Notes under the pieces: generated by a model
The model's input: only the letters and a program-made list of their open reading frames with translations
Told to the model about the DNA's origin: nothing
The model's database searches: none
Translations under genes and position numbers: made by a program
NCBI GenBank assembly: GCA_002269645.1
Contig: NIVC01004149.1
Span: 1 to 57,899, forward strand
Direction of reading: 5' to 3'
Origin: Macrostomum lignano
Taxonomy: Eukaryota
Length of the DNA: 57,899 nucleotides
Shown: positions 1 through 15,000 of the stretch, piece after piece
Layout of the letters: each line of letters starts with the position of its first letter
Position numbering within the stretch: position 1 is the first letter of the stretch

Positions 1-3000
1 AATCAAGAAGCGTCATGTAAACAATCATAGAAGCGTCATGTAAAAATCATAGAAGCGTCATATAAAAATCATAGAAGCGTCATGTAAAAATCATAGAAGC
101 GTCATGTAAAAAATCATAGAAGCGATATAAAAATCAAGAAGCGTCATGTAAAAAATCATAGAAGCGTCATATAAACATCATAGAAGCGTCATGTAAACAA
201 TCATAGAAGCGTCATAAAAAATCATAGAAGCGTCATGTAAAATCATAGAAGCGTCATGTATAAATCATAGAAGCGTCATGTAAAAATCATAGAAGCGTCA
301 TGTAAAAATCATAGAAGCGTCATGTAAAAATCATAGAAGCGTCATGTAAACAAATCATAGAAGCGTCATGTAAACAATCATAGAAGCGTCATGTAAAAAT
401 CATAGAAGCGTCATAAAAATCATAAAGCGTCATGTAAAAATCATAGAAGCGTCATGTAAAAATCATAGAAGCGTCATGTAAAAAATCATAGAAGCGTCAT
501 GTAAAAATCATAGAAGCGTCATGTAAAAAATCATAGAAGCGTCATGTAAAAATCATAGAAGCGTCATGTAAAAATCATAGAAGCGTCATGTAAACAATCA
601 TAGAAGCGTCATGTAAAAATCATAGAAGCGTCATGTAAAAATCATAGAAGCGTCATGTAAAAATCATAGAAGCGTCATGTAAAAATCATAGAAGCGTCAT
701 GTAAAAAATCATAGAAGCGTCATGTAAAAATCATAGAAGCGTCATGTAAAAATCATAGAAGCGTCATGTAAAAATCATAGAAGCGTCATGTAAAAATCAT
801 AGAAGCGTCATGTAAAAATCATAGAAGCGTCATGTAAAAATCATAGAAGCGTCATGTAAACAATCATAGAAGCGTCATGTAAAAATCATAGAAGCGTCAT
901 GTAAAAATCATAGAAGCGTCATGTAAAAATCATAGAAGCGTCATGTAAAAATCATAGAAGCGTCATGTAAAAATCATAGAAGCGTCATGTAAAAATCATA
1001 GAAGCGTCATGTAAAAATCATAGAAGCGTCATGTAAAAATCATAGAAGCGTCATGTAAAAATCATAGAAGCGTCATGTAAAAATCATAGAAGCGTCATGT
1101 AAAAATCATAGAAGCGTCATGTAAAAATCATAGAAGCGTCATGTAAAAATCATAGAAGCGTCATGTAAAAATCATAGAAGCGTCATGTAAAAATCATAGA
1201 AGCGTCATGTAAAAATCATAGAAGCGTCATGTAAAAATCATAGAAGCGTCATGTAAAAATCATAGAAGCGTCATGTAAAAATCATAGAAGCGTCATGTAA
1301 AAATCATAGAAGCGTCATGTAAAAATCATAGAAGCGTCATGTAAAAATCATAGAAGCGTCATGTAAAAATCATAGAAGCGTCATGTAAAAATCATAGAAG
1401 CGTCATGTAAAAATCATAGAAGCGTCATGTAAAAATCATAGAAGCGTCATGTAAAAATCATAGAAGCGTCATGTAAAAATCATAGAAGCGTCATGTAAAA
1501 ATCATAGAAGCGTCATGTAAAAATCATAGAAGCGTCATGTAAAAATCATAGAAGCGTCATGTAAAAATCATAGAAGCGTCATGTAAAAATCATAGAAGCG
1601 TCATGTAAAAATCATAGAAGCGTCATGTAAAAATCATAGAAGCGTCATGTAAAAATCATAGAAGCGTCATGTAAAAATCATAGAAGCGTCATGTAAAAAT
1701 CATAGAAGCGTCATGTAAAAATCATAGAAGCGTCATGTAAAAATCATAGAAGCGTCATGTAAAAATCATAGAAGCGTCATGTAAAAATCATAGAAGCGTC
1801 ATGTAAAAATCATAGAAGCGTCATGTAAAAATCATAGAAGCGTCATGTAAAAATCATAGAAGCGTCATGTAAAAATCATAGAAGCGTCATGTAAAAATCA
1901 TAGAAGCGTCATGTAAAAATCATAGAAGCGTCATGTAAAAATCATAGAAGCGTCATGTAAAAATCATAGAAGCGTCATGTAAAAATCATAGAAGCGTCAT
2001 GTAAAAATCATAGAAGCGTCATGTAAAAATCATAGAAGCGTCATGTAAAAATCATAGAAGCGTCATGTAAAAATCATAGAAGCGTCATGTAAAAATCATA
2101 GAAGCGTCATGTAAAAATCATAGAAGCGTCATGTAAAAATCATAGAAGCGTCATGTAAAAATCATAGAAGCGTCATGTAAAAATCATAGAAGCGTCATGT
2201 AAAAATCATAGAAGCGTCATGTAAAAATCATAGAAGCGTCATGTAAAAATCATAGAAGCGTCATGTAAAAATCATAGAAGCGTCATGTAAAAATCATAGA
2301 AGCGTCATGTAAAAATCATAGAAGCGTCATGTAAAAATCATAGAAGCGTCATGTAAAAATCATAGAAGCGTCATGTAAAAATCATAGAAGCGTCATGTAA
2401 AAATCATAGAAGCGTCATGTAAAAATCATAGAAGCGTCATGTAAAAATCATAGAAGCGTCATGTAAAAATCATAGAAGCGTCATGTAAAAATCATAGAAG
2501 CGTCATGTAAAAATCATAGAAGCGTCATGTAAAAATCATAGAAGCGTCATGTAAAAATCATAGAAGCGTCATGTAAAAATCATAGAAGCGTCATGTAAAA
2601 ATCATAGAAGCGTCATGTAAAAATCATAGAAGCGTCATGTAAAAATCATAGAAGCGTCATGTAAAAATCATAGAAGCGTCATGTAAAAATCATAGAAGCG
2701 TCATGTAAAAATCATAGAAGCGTCATGTAAAAATCATAGAAGCGTCATGTAAAAATCATAGAAGCGTCATGTAAAAATCATAGAAGCGTCATGTAAAAAT
2801 CATAGAAGCGTCATGTAAAAATCATAGAAGCGTCATGTAAAAATCATAGAAGCGTCATGTAAAAATCATAGAAGCGTCATGTAAAAATCATAGAAGCGTC
2901 ATGTAAAAATCATAGAAGCGTCATGTAAAAATCATAGAAGCGTCATGTAAAAATCATAGAAGCGTCATGTAAAAATCATAGAAGCGTCATGTAAAAATCA

Positions 3001-6000
3001 TAGAAGCGTCATGTAAAAATCATAGAAGCGTCATGTAAAAATCATAGAAGCGTCATGTAAAAATCATAGAAGCGTCATGTAAAAATCATAGAAGCGTCAT
3101 GTAAAAATCATAGAAGCGTCATGTAAAAATCATAGAAGCGTCATGTAAAAATCATAGAAGCGTCATGTAAAAATCATAGAAGCGTCATGTAAAAATCATA
3201 GAAGCGTCATGTAAAAATCATAGAAGCGTCATGTAAAAATCATAGAAGCGTCATGTAAAAATCATAGAAGCGTCATGTAAAAATCATAGAAGCGTCATGT
3301 AAAAATCATAGAAGCGTCATGTAAAAATCATAGAAGCGTCATGTAAAAATCATAGAAGCGTCATGTAAAAATCATAGAAGCGTCATGTAAAAATCATAGA
3401 AGCGTCATGTAAAAATCATAGAAGCGTCATGTAAAAATCATAGAAGCGTCATGTAAAAATCATAGAAGCGTCATGTAAAAATCATAGAAGCGTCATGTAA
3501 AAATCATAGAAGCGTCATGTAAAAATCATAGAAGCGTCATGTAAAAATCATAGAAGCGTCATGTAAAAATCATAGAAGCGTCATGTAAAAATCATAGAAG
3601 CGTCATGTAAAAATCATAGAAGCGTCATGTAAAAATCATAGAAGCGTCATGTAAAAATCATAGAAGCGTCATGTAAAAATCATAGAAGCGTCATGTAAAA
3701 ATCATAGAAGCGTCATGTAAAAATCATAGAAGCGTCATGTAAAAATCATAGAAGCGTCATGTAAAAATCATAGAAGCGTCATGTAAAAATCATAGAAGCG
3801 TCATGTAAAAATCATAGAAGCGTCATGTAAAAATCATAGAAGCGTCATGTAAAAATCATAGAAGCGTCATGTAAAAATCATAGAAGCGTCATGTAAAAAT
3901 CATAGAAGCGTCATGTAAAAATCATAGAAGCGTCATGTAAAAATCATAGAAGCGTCATGTAAAAATCATAGAAGCGTCATGTAAAAATCATAGAAGCGTC
4001 ATGTAAAAATCATAGAAGCGTCATGTAAAAATCATAGAAGCGTCATGTAAAAATCATAGAAGCGTCATGTAAAAATCATAGAAGCGTCATGTAAAAATCA
4101 TAGAAGCGTCATGTAAAAATCATAGAAGCGTCATGTAAAAATCATAGAAGCGTCATGTAAAAATCATAGAAGCGTCATGTAAAAATCATAGAAGCGTCAT
4201 GTAAAAATCATAGAAGCGTCATGTAAAAATCATAGAAGCGTCATGTAAAAATCATAGAAGCGTCATGTAAAAATCATAGAAGCGTCATGTAAAAATCATA
4301 GAAGCGTCATGTAAAAATCATAGAAGCGTCATGTAAAAATCATAGAAGCGTCATGTAAAAATCATAGAAGCGTCATGTAAAAATCATAGAAGCGTCATGT
4401 AAAAATCATAGAAGCGTCATGTAAAAATCATAGAAGCGTCATGTAAAAATCATAGAAGCGTCATGTAAAAATCATAGAAGCGTCATGTAAAAATCATAGA
4501 AGCGTCATGTAAAAATCATAGAAGCGTCATGTAAAAATCATAGAAGCGTCATGTAAAAATCATAGAAGCGTCATGTAAAAATCATAGAAGCGTCATGTAA
4601 AAATCATAGAAGCGTCATGTAAAAATCATAGAAGCGTCATGTAAAAATCATAGAAGCGTCATGTAAAAATCATAGAAGCGTCATGTAAAAATCATAGAAG
4701 CGTCATGTAAAAATCATAGAAGCGTCATGTAAAAATCATAGAAGCGTCATGTAAAAATCATAGAAGCGTCATGTAAAAATCATAGAAGCGTCATGTAAAA
4801 ATCATAGAAGCGTCATGTAAAAATCATAGAAGCGTCATGTAAAAATCATAGAAGCGTCATGTAAAAATCATAGAAGCGTCATGTAAAAATCATAGAAGCG
4901 TCATGTAAAAATCATAGAAGCGTCATGTAAAAATCATAGAAGCGTCATGTAAAAATCATAGAAGCGTCATGTAAAAATCATAGAAGCGTCATGTAAAAAT
5001 CATAGAAGCGTCATGTAAAAATCATAGAAGCGTCATGTAAAAATCATAGAAGCGTCATGTAAAAATCATAGAAGCGTCATGTAAAAATCATAGAAGCGTC
5101 ATGTAAAAATCATAGAAGCGTCATGTAAAAATCATAGAAGCGTCATGTAAAAATCATAGAAGCGTCATGTAAAAATCATAGAAGCGTCATGTAAAAATCA
5201 TAGAAGCGTCATGTAAAAATCATAGAAGCGTCATGTAAAAATCATAGAAGCGTCATGTAAAAAATCATAGAAGCGTCATGTAAAAATCATAGAAGCGTCA
5301 TGTAAAAATCATAGAAGCGTCATGTAAAAATCATAGAAGCGTCATGTAAAAATCATAGAAGCGTCATGTAAAAATCATAGAAGCGTCATGTAAAAATCAT
5401 AGAAGCGTCATGTAAAAATCATAGAAGCGTCATGTAAAAATCATAGAAGCGTCATGTAAAAATCATAGAAGCGTCATGTAAAAATCATAGAAGCGTCATG
5501 TAAAAATCATAGAAGCGTCATGTAAAAATCATAGAAGCGTCATGTAAAAATCATAGAAGCGTCATGTAAAAATCATAGAAGCGTCATGTAAAAATCATAG
5601 AAGCGTCATGTAAAAATCATAGAAGCGTCATGTAAAAATCATAGAAGCGTCATGTAAAAATCATAGAAGCGTCATGTAAAAATCATAGAAGCGTCATGTA
5701 AAAATCATAGAAGCGTCATGTAAAAATCATAGAAGCGTCATGTAAAAATCATAGAAGCGTCATGTAAAAATCATAGAAGCGTCATGTAAAAATCATAGAA
5801 GCGTCATGTAAAAATCATAGAAGCGTCATGTAAAAATCATAGAAGCGTCATGTAAAAATCATAGAAGCGTCATGTAAAAATCATAGAAGCGTCATGTAAA
5901 AATCATAGAAGCGTCATGTAAAAATCATAGAAGCGTCATGTAAAAATCATAGAAGCGTCATGTAAAAATCATAGAAGCGTCATGTAAAAATCATAGAAGC

Positions 6001-9000
6001 GTCATGTAAAAATCATAGAAGCGTCATGTAAAAATCATAGAAGCGTCATGTAAAAATCATAGAAGCGTCATGTAAAAATCATAGAAGCGTCATGTAAAAA
6101 TCATAGAAGCGTCATGTAAAAATCATAGAAGCGTCATGTAAAAATCATAGAAGCGTCATGTAAAAATCATAGAAGCGTCATGTAAAAATCATAGAAGCGT
6201 CATGTAAAAATCATAGAAGCGTCATGTAAAAATCATAGAAGCGTCATGTAAAAATCATAGAAGCGTCATGTAAAAATCATAGAAGCGTCATGTAAAAATC
6301 ATAGAAGCGTCATGTAAAAATCATAGAAGCGTCATGTAAAAATCATAGAAGCGTCATGTAAAAATCATAGAAGCGTCATGTAAAAATCATAGAAGCGTCA
6401 TGTAAAAATCATAGAAGCGTCATGTAAAAATCATAGAAGCGTCATGTAAAAATCATAGAAGCGTCATGTAAAAATCATAGAAGCGTCATGTAAAAATCAT
6501 AGAAGCGTCATGTAAAAATCATAGAAGCGTCATGTAAAAATCATAGAAGCGTCATGTAAAAATCATAGAAGCGTCATGTAAAAATCATAGAAGCGTCATG
6601 TAAAAATCATAGAAGCGTCATGTAAAAATCATAGAAGCGTCATGTAAAAATCATAGAAGCGTCATGTAAAAATCATAGAAGCGTCATGTAAAAATCATAG
6701 AAGCGTCATGTAAAAATCATAGAAGCGTCATGTAAAAATCATAGAAGCGTCATGTAAAAATCATAGAAGCGTCATGTAAAAATCATAGAAGCGTCATGTA
6801 AAAATCATAGAAGCGTCATGTAAAAATCATAGAAGCGTCATGTAAAAATCATAGAAGCGTCATGTAAAAATCATAGAAGCGTCATGTAAAAATCATAGAA
6901 GCGTCATGTAAAAATCATAGAAGCGTCATGTAAAAATCATAGAAGCGTCATGTAAAAATCATAGAAGCGTCATGTAAAAATCATAGAAGCGTCATGTAAA
7001 AATCATAGAAGCGTCATGTAAAAATCATAGAAGCGTCATGTAAAAATCATAGAAGCGTCATGTAAAAATCATAGAAGCGTCATGTAAAAATCATAGAAGC
7101 GTCATGTAAAAATCATAGAAGCGTCATGTAAAAATCATAGAAGCGTCATGTAAAAATCATAGAAGCGTCATGTAAAAATCATAGAAGCGTCATGTAAAAA
7201 TCATAGAAGCGTCATGTAAAAATCATAGAAGCGTCATGTAAAAATCATAGAAGCGTCATGTAAAAATCATAGAAGCGTCATGTAAAAATCATAGAAGCGT
7301 CATGTAAAAATCATAGAAGCGTCATGTAAAAATCATAGAAGCGTCATGTAAAAATCATAGAAGCGTCATGTAAAAATCATAGAAGCGTCATGTAAAAATC
7401 ATAGAAGCGTCATGTAAAAATCATAGAAGCGTCATGTAAAAATCATAGAAGCGTCATGTAAAAATCATAGAAGCGTCATGTAAAAATCATAGAAGCGTCA
7501 TGTAAAAATCATAGAAGCGTCATGTAAAAATCATAGAAGCGTCATGTAAAAATCATAGAAGCGTCATGTAAAAATCATAGAAGCGTCATGTAAAAATCAT
7601 AGAAGCGTCATGTAAAAATCATAGAAGCGTCATGTAAAAATCATAGAAGCGTCATGTAAAAATCATAGAAGCGTCATGTAAAAATCATAGAAGCGTCATG
7701 TAAAAATCATAGAAGCGTCATGTAAAAATCATAGAAGCGTCATGTAAAAATCATAGAAGCGTCATGTAAAAATCATAGAAGCGTCATGTAAAAATCATAG
7801 AAGCGTCATGTAAAAATCATAGAAGCGTCATGTAAAAATCATAGAAGCGTCATGTAAAAATCATAGAAGCGTCATGTAAAAATCATAGAAGCGTCATGTA
7901 AAAATCATAGAAGCGTCATGTAAAAATCATAGAAGCGTCATGTAAAAATCATAGAAGCGTCATGTAAAAATCATAGAAGCGTCATGTAAAAATCATAGAA
8001 GCGTCATGTAAAAATCATAGAAGCGTCATGTAAAAATCATAGAAGCGTCATGTAAAAATCATAGAAGCGTCATGTAAAAATCATAGAAGCGTCATGTAAA
8101 AATCATAGAAGCGTCATGTAAAAATCATAGAAGCGTCATGTAAAAATCATAGAAGCGTCATGTAAAAATCATAGAAGCGTCATGTAAAAATCATAGAAGC
8201 GTCATGTAAAAATCATAGAAGCGTCATGTAAAAATCATAGAAGCGTCATGTAAAAATCATAGAAGCGTCATGTAAAAATCATAGAAGCGTCATGTAAAAA
8301 TCATAGAAGCGTCATGTAAAAATCATAGAAGCGTCATGTAAAAATCATAGAAGCGTCATGTAAAAATCATAGAAGCGTCATGTAAAAATCATAGAAGCGT
8401 CATGTAAAAATCATAGAAGCGTCATGTAAAAATCATAGAAGCGTCATGTAAAAATCATAGAAGCGTCATGTAAAAATCATAGAAGCGTCATGTAAAAATC
8501 ATAGAAGCGTCATGTAAAAATCATAGAAGCGTCATGTAAAAATCATAGAAGCGTCATGTAAAAATCATAGAAGCGTCATGTAAAAATCATAGAAGCGTCA
8601 TGTAAAAATCATAGAAGCGTCATGTAAAAATCATAGAAGCGTCATGTAAAAATCATAGAAGCGTCATGTAAAAATCATAGAAGCGTCATGTAAAAATCAT
8701 AGAAGCGTCATGTAAAAATCATAGAAGCGTCATGTAAAAATCATAGAAGCGTCATGTAAAAATCATAGAAGCGTCATGTAAAAATCATAGAAGCGTCATG
8801 TAAAAAATCATAGAAGCGTCATGTAAAAATCATAGAAGCGTCATGTAAAAATCATAGAAGCGTCATGTAAAAATCATAGAAGCGTCATGTAAAAATCATA
8901 GAAGCGTCATGTAAAAATCATAGAAGCGTCATGTAAAAATCATAGAAGCGTCATGTAAAAATCATAGAAGCGTCATGTAAAAATCATAGAAGCGTCATGT

Positions 9001-12000
9001 AAAAATCATAGAAGCGTCATGTAAAAATCATAGAAGCGTCATGTAAAAATCATAGAAGCGTCATGTAAAAATCATAGAAGCGTCATGTAAAAATCATAGA
9101 AGCGTCATGTAAAAATCATAGAAGCGTCATGTAAAAATCATAGAAGCGTCATGTAAAAATCATAGAAGCGTCATGTAAAAATCATAGAAGCGTCATGTAA
9201 AAATCATAGAAGCGTCATGTAAAAATCATAGAAGCGTCATGTAAAAATCATAGAAGCGTCATGTAAAAATCATAGAAGCGTCATGTAAAAATCATAGAAG
9301 CGTCATGTAAAAATCATAGAAGCGTCATGTAAAAATCATAGAAGCGTCATGTAAAAATCATAGAAGCGTCATGTAAAAATCATAGAAGCGTCATGTAAAA
9401 ATCATAGAAGCGTCATGTAAAAATCATAGAAGCGTCATGTAAAAATCATAGAAGCGTCATGTAAAAATCATAGAAGCGTCATGTAAAAATCATAGAAGCG
9501 TCATGTAAAAATCATAGAAGCGTCATGTAAAAATCATAGAAGCGTCATGTAAAAATCATAGAAGCGTCATGTAAAAATCATAGAAGCGTCATGTAAAAAT
9601 CATAGAAGCGTCATGTAAAAATCATAGAAGCGTCATGTAAAAATCATAGAAGCGTCATGTAAAAATCATAGAAGCGTCATGTAAAAATCATAGAAGCGTC
9701 ATGTAAAAATCATAGAAGCGTCATGTAAAAATCATAGAAGCGTCATGTAAAAATCATAGAAGCGTCATGTAAAAATCATAGAAGCGTCATGTAAAAATCA
9801 TAGAAGCGTCATGTAAAAATCATAGAAGCGTCATGTAAAAATCATAGAAGCGTCATGTAAAAATCATAGAAGCGTCATGTAAAAATCATAGAAGCGTCAT
9901 GTAAAAATCATAGAAGCGTCATGTAAAAATCATAGAAGCGTCATGTAAAAATCATAGAAGCGTCATGTAAAAATCATAGAAGCGTCATGTAAAAATCATA
10001 GAAGCGTCATGTAAAAATCATAGAAGCGTCATGTAAAAATCATAGAAGCGTCATGTAAAAATCATAGAAGCGTCATGTAAAAATCATAGAAGCGTCATGT
10101 AAAAATCATAGAAGCGTCATGTAAAAATCATAGAAGCGTCATGTAAAAATCATAGAAGCGTCATGTAAAAATCATAGAAGCGTCATGTAAAAATCATAGA
10201 AGCGTCATGTAAAAATCATAGAAGCGTCATGTAAAAATCATAGAAGCGTCATGTAAAAATCATAGAAGCGTCATGTAAAAATCATAGAAGCGTCATGTAA
10301 AAATCATAGAAGCGTCATGTAAAAATCATAGAAGCGTCATGTAAAAATCATAGAAGCGTCATGTAAAAATCATAGAAGCGTCATGTAAAAATCATAGAAG
10401 CGTCATGTAAAAATCATAGAAGCGTCATGTAAAAATCATAGAAGCGTCATGTAAAAATCATAGAAGCGTCATGTAAAAATCATAGAAGCGTCATGTAAAA
10501 ATCATAGAAGCGTCATGTAAAAATCATAGAAGCGTCATGTAAAAATCATAGAAGCGTCATGTAAAAATCATAGAAGCGTCATGTAAAAATCATAGAAGCG
10601 TCATGTAAAAATCATAGAAGCGTCATGTAAAAATCATAGAAGCGTCATGTAAAAATCATAGAAGCGTCATGTAAAAATCATAGAAGCGTCATGTAAAAAT
10701 CATAGAAGCGTCATGTAAAAATCATAGAAGCGTCATGTAAAAATCATAGAAGCGTCATGTAAAAATCATAGAAGCGTCATGTAAAAATCATAGAAGCGTC
10801 ATGTAAAAATCATAGAAGCGTCATGTAAAAATCATAGAAGCGTCATGTAAAAATCATAGAAGCGTCATGTAAAAATCATAGAAGCGTCATGTAAAAATCA
10901 TAGAAGCGTCATGTAAAAATCATAGAAGCGTCATGTAAAAATCATAGAAGCGTCATGTAAAAATCATAGAAGCGTCATGTAAAAATCATAGAAGCGTCAT
11001 GTAAAAATCATAGAAGCGTCATGTAAAAATCATAGAAGCGTCATGTAAAAATCATAGAAGCGTCATGTAAAAATCATAGAAGCGTCATGTAAAAATCATA
11101 GAAGCGTCATGTAAAAATCATAGAAGCGTCATGTAAAAAATCATAGAAGCGTCATGTAAAAATCATAGAAGCGTCATGTAAAAATCATAGAAGCGTCATG
11201 TAAAAATCATAGAAGCGTCATGTAAAAATCATAGAAGCGTCATGTAAAAATCATAGAAGCGTCATGTAAAAATCATAGAAGCGTCATGTAAAAATCATAG
11301 AAGCGTCATGTAAAAATCATAGAAGCGTCATGTAAAAATCATAGAAGCGTCATGTAAAAATCATAGAAGCGTCATGTAAAAATCATAGAAGCGTCATGTA
11401 AAAATCATAGAAGCGTCATGTAAAAATCATAGAAGCGTCATGTAAAAATCATAGAAGCGTCATGTAAAAATCATAGAAGCGTCATGTAAAAATCATAGAA
11501 GCGTCATGTAAAAATCATAGAAGCGTCATGTAAAAATCATAGAAGCGTCATGTAAAAATCATAGAAGCGTCATGTAAAAATCATAGAAGCGTCATGTAAA
11601 AATCATAGAAGCGTCATGTAAAAATCATAGAAGCGTCATGTAAAAATCATAGAAGCGTCATGTAAAAATCATAGAAGCGTCATGTAAAAATCATAGAAGC
11701 GTCATGTAAAAATCATAGAAGCGTCATGTAAAAATCATAGAAGCGTCATGTAAAAATCATAGAAGCGTCATGTAAAAATCATAGAAGCGTCATGTAAAAA
11801 TCATAGAAGCGTCATGTAAAAATCATAGAAGCGTCATGTAAAAATCATAGAAGCGTCATGTAAAAATCATAGAAGCGTCATGTAAAAATCATAGAAGCGT
11901 CATGTAAAAATCATAGAAGCGTCATGTAAAAATCATAGAAGCGTCATGTAAAAATCATAGAAGCGTCATGTAAAAATCATAGAAGCGTCATGTAAAAATC

Positions 12001-15000
12001 ATAGAAGCGTCATGTAAAAATCATAGAAGCGTCATGTAAAAATCATAGAAGCGTCATGTAAAAATCATAGAAGCGTCATGTAAAAATCATAGAAGCGTCA
12101 TGTAAAAATCATAGAAGCGTCATGTAAAAATCATAGAAGCGTCATGTAAAAATCATAGAAGCGTCATGTAAAAATCATAGAAGCGTCATGTAAAAATCAT
12201 AGAAGCGTCATGTAAAAATCATAGAAGCGTCATGTAAAAATCATAGAAGCGTCATGTAAAAATCATAGAAGCGTCATGTAAAAATCATAGAAGCGTCATG
12301 TAAAAATCATAGAAGCGTCATGTAAAAATCATAGAAGCGTCATGTAAAAATCATAGAAGCGTCATGTAAAAATCATAGAAGCGTCATGTAAAAATCATAG
12401 AAGCGTCATGTAAAAATCATAGAAGCGTCATGTAAAAATCATAGAAGCGTCATGTAAAAATCATAGAAGCGTCATGTAAAAATCATAGAAGCGTCATGTA
12501 AAAATCATAGAAGCGTCATGTAAAAATCATAGAAGCGTCATGTAAAAATCATAGAAGCGTCATGTAAAAATCATAGAAGCGTCATGTAAAAATCATAGAA
12601 GCGTCATGTAAAAATCATAGAAGCGTCATGTAAAAATCATAGAAGCGTCATGTAAAAATCATAGAAGCGTCATGTAAAAATCATAGAAGCGTCATGTAAA
12701 AATCATAGAAGCGTCATGTAAAAATCATAGAAGCGTCATGTAAAAATCATAGAAGCGTCATGTAAAAATCATAGAAGCGTCATGTAAAAATCATAGAAGC
12801 GTCATGTAAAAATCATAGAAGCGTCATGTAAAAATCATAGAAGCGTCATGTAAAAATCATAGAAGCGTCATGTAAAAATCATAGAAGCGTCATGTAAAAA
12901 TCATAGAAGCGTCATGTAAAAATCATAGAAGCGTCATGTAAAAATCATAGAAGCGTCATGTAAAAAATCATAGAAGCGTCATGTAAAAATCATAGAAGCG
13001 TCATGTAAAAATCATAGAAGCGTCATGTAAAAATCATAGAAGCGTCATGTAAAAATCATAGAAGCGTCATGTAAACAATCATAGAAGCGTCATGTAAAAA
13101 TCATAGAAGCGTCATGTAAAAATCATAGAAGCGTCATGTAAAAATCATAGAAGCGTCATGTAAAAATCATAGAAGCGTCATGTAAAAATCATAGAAGCGT
13201 CATGTAAAAATCATAGAAGCGTCATGTAAAAATCATAGAAGCGTCATGTAAAAATCATAGAAGCGTCATGTAAAAATCATAGAAGCGTCATGTAAAAATC
13301 ATAGAAGCGTCATGTAAAAATCATAGAAGCGTCATGTAAAAATCATAGAAGCGTCATGTAAAAATCATAGAAGCGTCATGTAAAAATCATAGAAGCGTCA
13401 TGTAAAAATCATAGAAGCGTCATGTAAAAATCATAGAAGCGTCATGTAAAAATCATAGAAGCGTCATGTAAAAATCATAGAAGCGTCATGTAAAAATCAT
13501 AGAAGCGTCATGTAAAAATCATAGAAGCGTCATGTAAAAATCATAGAAGCGTCATGTAAAAATCATAGAAGCGTCATGTAAAAATCATAGAAGCGTCATG
13601 TAAAAATCATAGAAGCGTCATGTAAACAATCATAGAAGCGTCATGTAAAAATCATAGAAGCGTCATGTAAAAATCATAGAAGCGTCATGTAAAAATCATA
13701 GAAGCGTCATGTAAAAATCATAGAAGCGTCATGTAAAAATCATAGAAGCGTCATGTAAAAATCATAGAAGCGTCATGTAAAAATCATAGAAGCGTCATGT
13801 AAAAATCATAGAAGCGTCATGTAAAAATCATAGAAGCGTCATGTAAAAATCATAGAAGCGTCATGTAAAAATCATAGAAGCGTCATGTAAAAATCATAGA
13901 AGCGTCATGTAAAAATCATAGAAGCGTCATGTAAAAATCATAGAAGCGTCATGTAAAAATCATAGAAGCGTCATGTAAAAATCATAGAAGCGTCATGTAA
14001 AAATCATAGAAGCGTCATGTAAAAATCATAGAAGCGTCATGTAAAAATCATAGAAGCGTCATGTAAAAATCATAGAAGCGTCATGTAAAAATCATAGAAG
14101 CGTCATGTAAAAATCATAGAAGCGTCATGTAAAAATCATAGAAGCGTCATGTAAAAATCATAGAAGCGTCATGTAAAAATCATAGAAGCGTCATGTAAAA
14201 ATCATAGAAGCGTCATGTAAAAATCATAGAAGCGTCATGTAAAAATCATAGAAGCGTCATGTAAAAATCATAGAAGCGTCATGTAAAAATCATAGAAGCG
14301 TCATGTAAAAATCATAGAAGCGTCATGTAAAAATCATAGAAGCGTCATGTAAAAATCATAGAAGCGTCATGTAAAAATCATAGAAGCGTCATGTAAAAAT
14401 CATAGAAGCGTCATGTAAAAATCATAGAAGCGTCATGTAAAAATCATAGAAGCGTCATGTAAAAATCATAGAAGCGTCATGTAAAAATCATAGAAGCGTC
14501 ATGTAAAAATCATAGAAGCGTCATGTAAAAATCATAGAAGCGTCATGTAAAAATCATAGAAGCGTCATGTAAAAATCATAGAAGCGTCATGTAAAAATCA
14601 TAGAAGCGTCATGTAAAAATCATAGAAGCGTCATGTAAAAATCATAGAAGCGTCATGTAAAAATCATAGAAGCGTCATGTAAAAATCATAGAAGCGTCAT
14701 GTAAAAATCATAGAAGCGTCATGTAAAAATCATAGAAGCGTCATGTAAAAATCATAGAAGCGTCATGTAAAAATCATAGAAGCGTCATGTAAAAATCATA
14801 GAAGCGTCATGTAAAAATCATAGAAGCGTCATGTAAAAATCATAGAAGCGTCATGTAAAAATCATAGAAGCGTCATGTAAAAATCATAGAAGCGTCATGT
14901 AAAAATCATAGAAGCGTCATGTAAAAATCATAGAAGCGTCATGTAAAAATCATAGAAGCGTCATGTAAAAATCATAGAAGCGTCATGTAAAAATCATAGA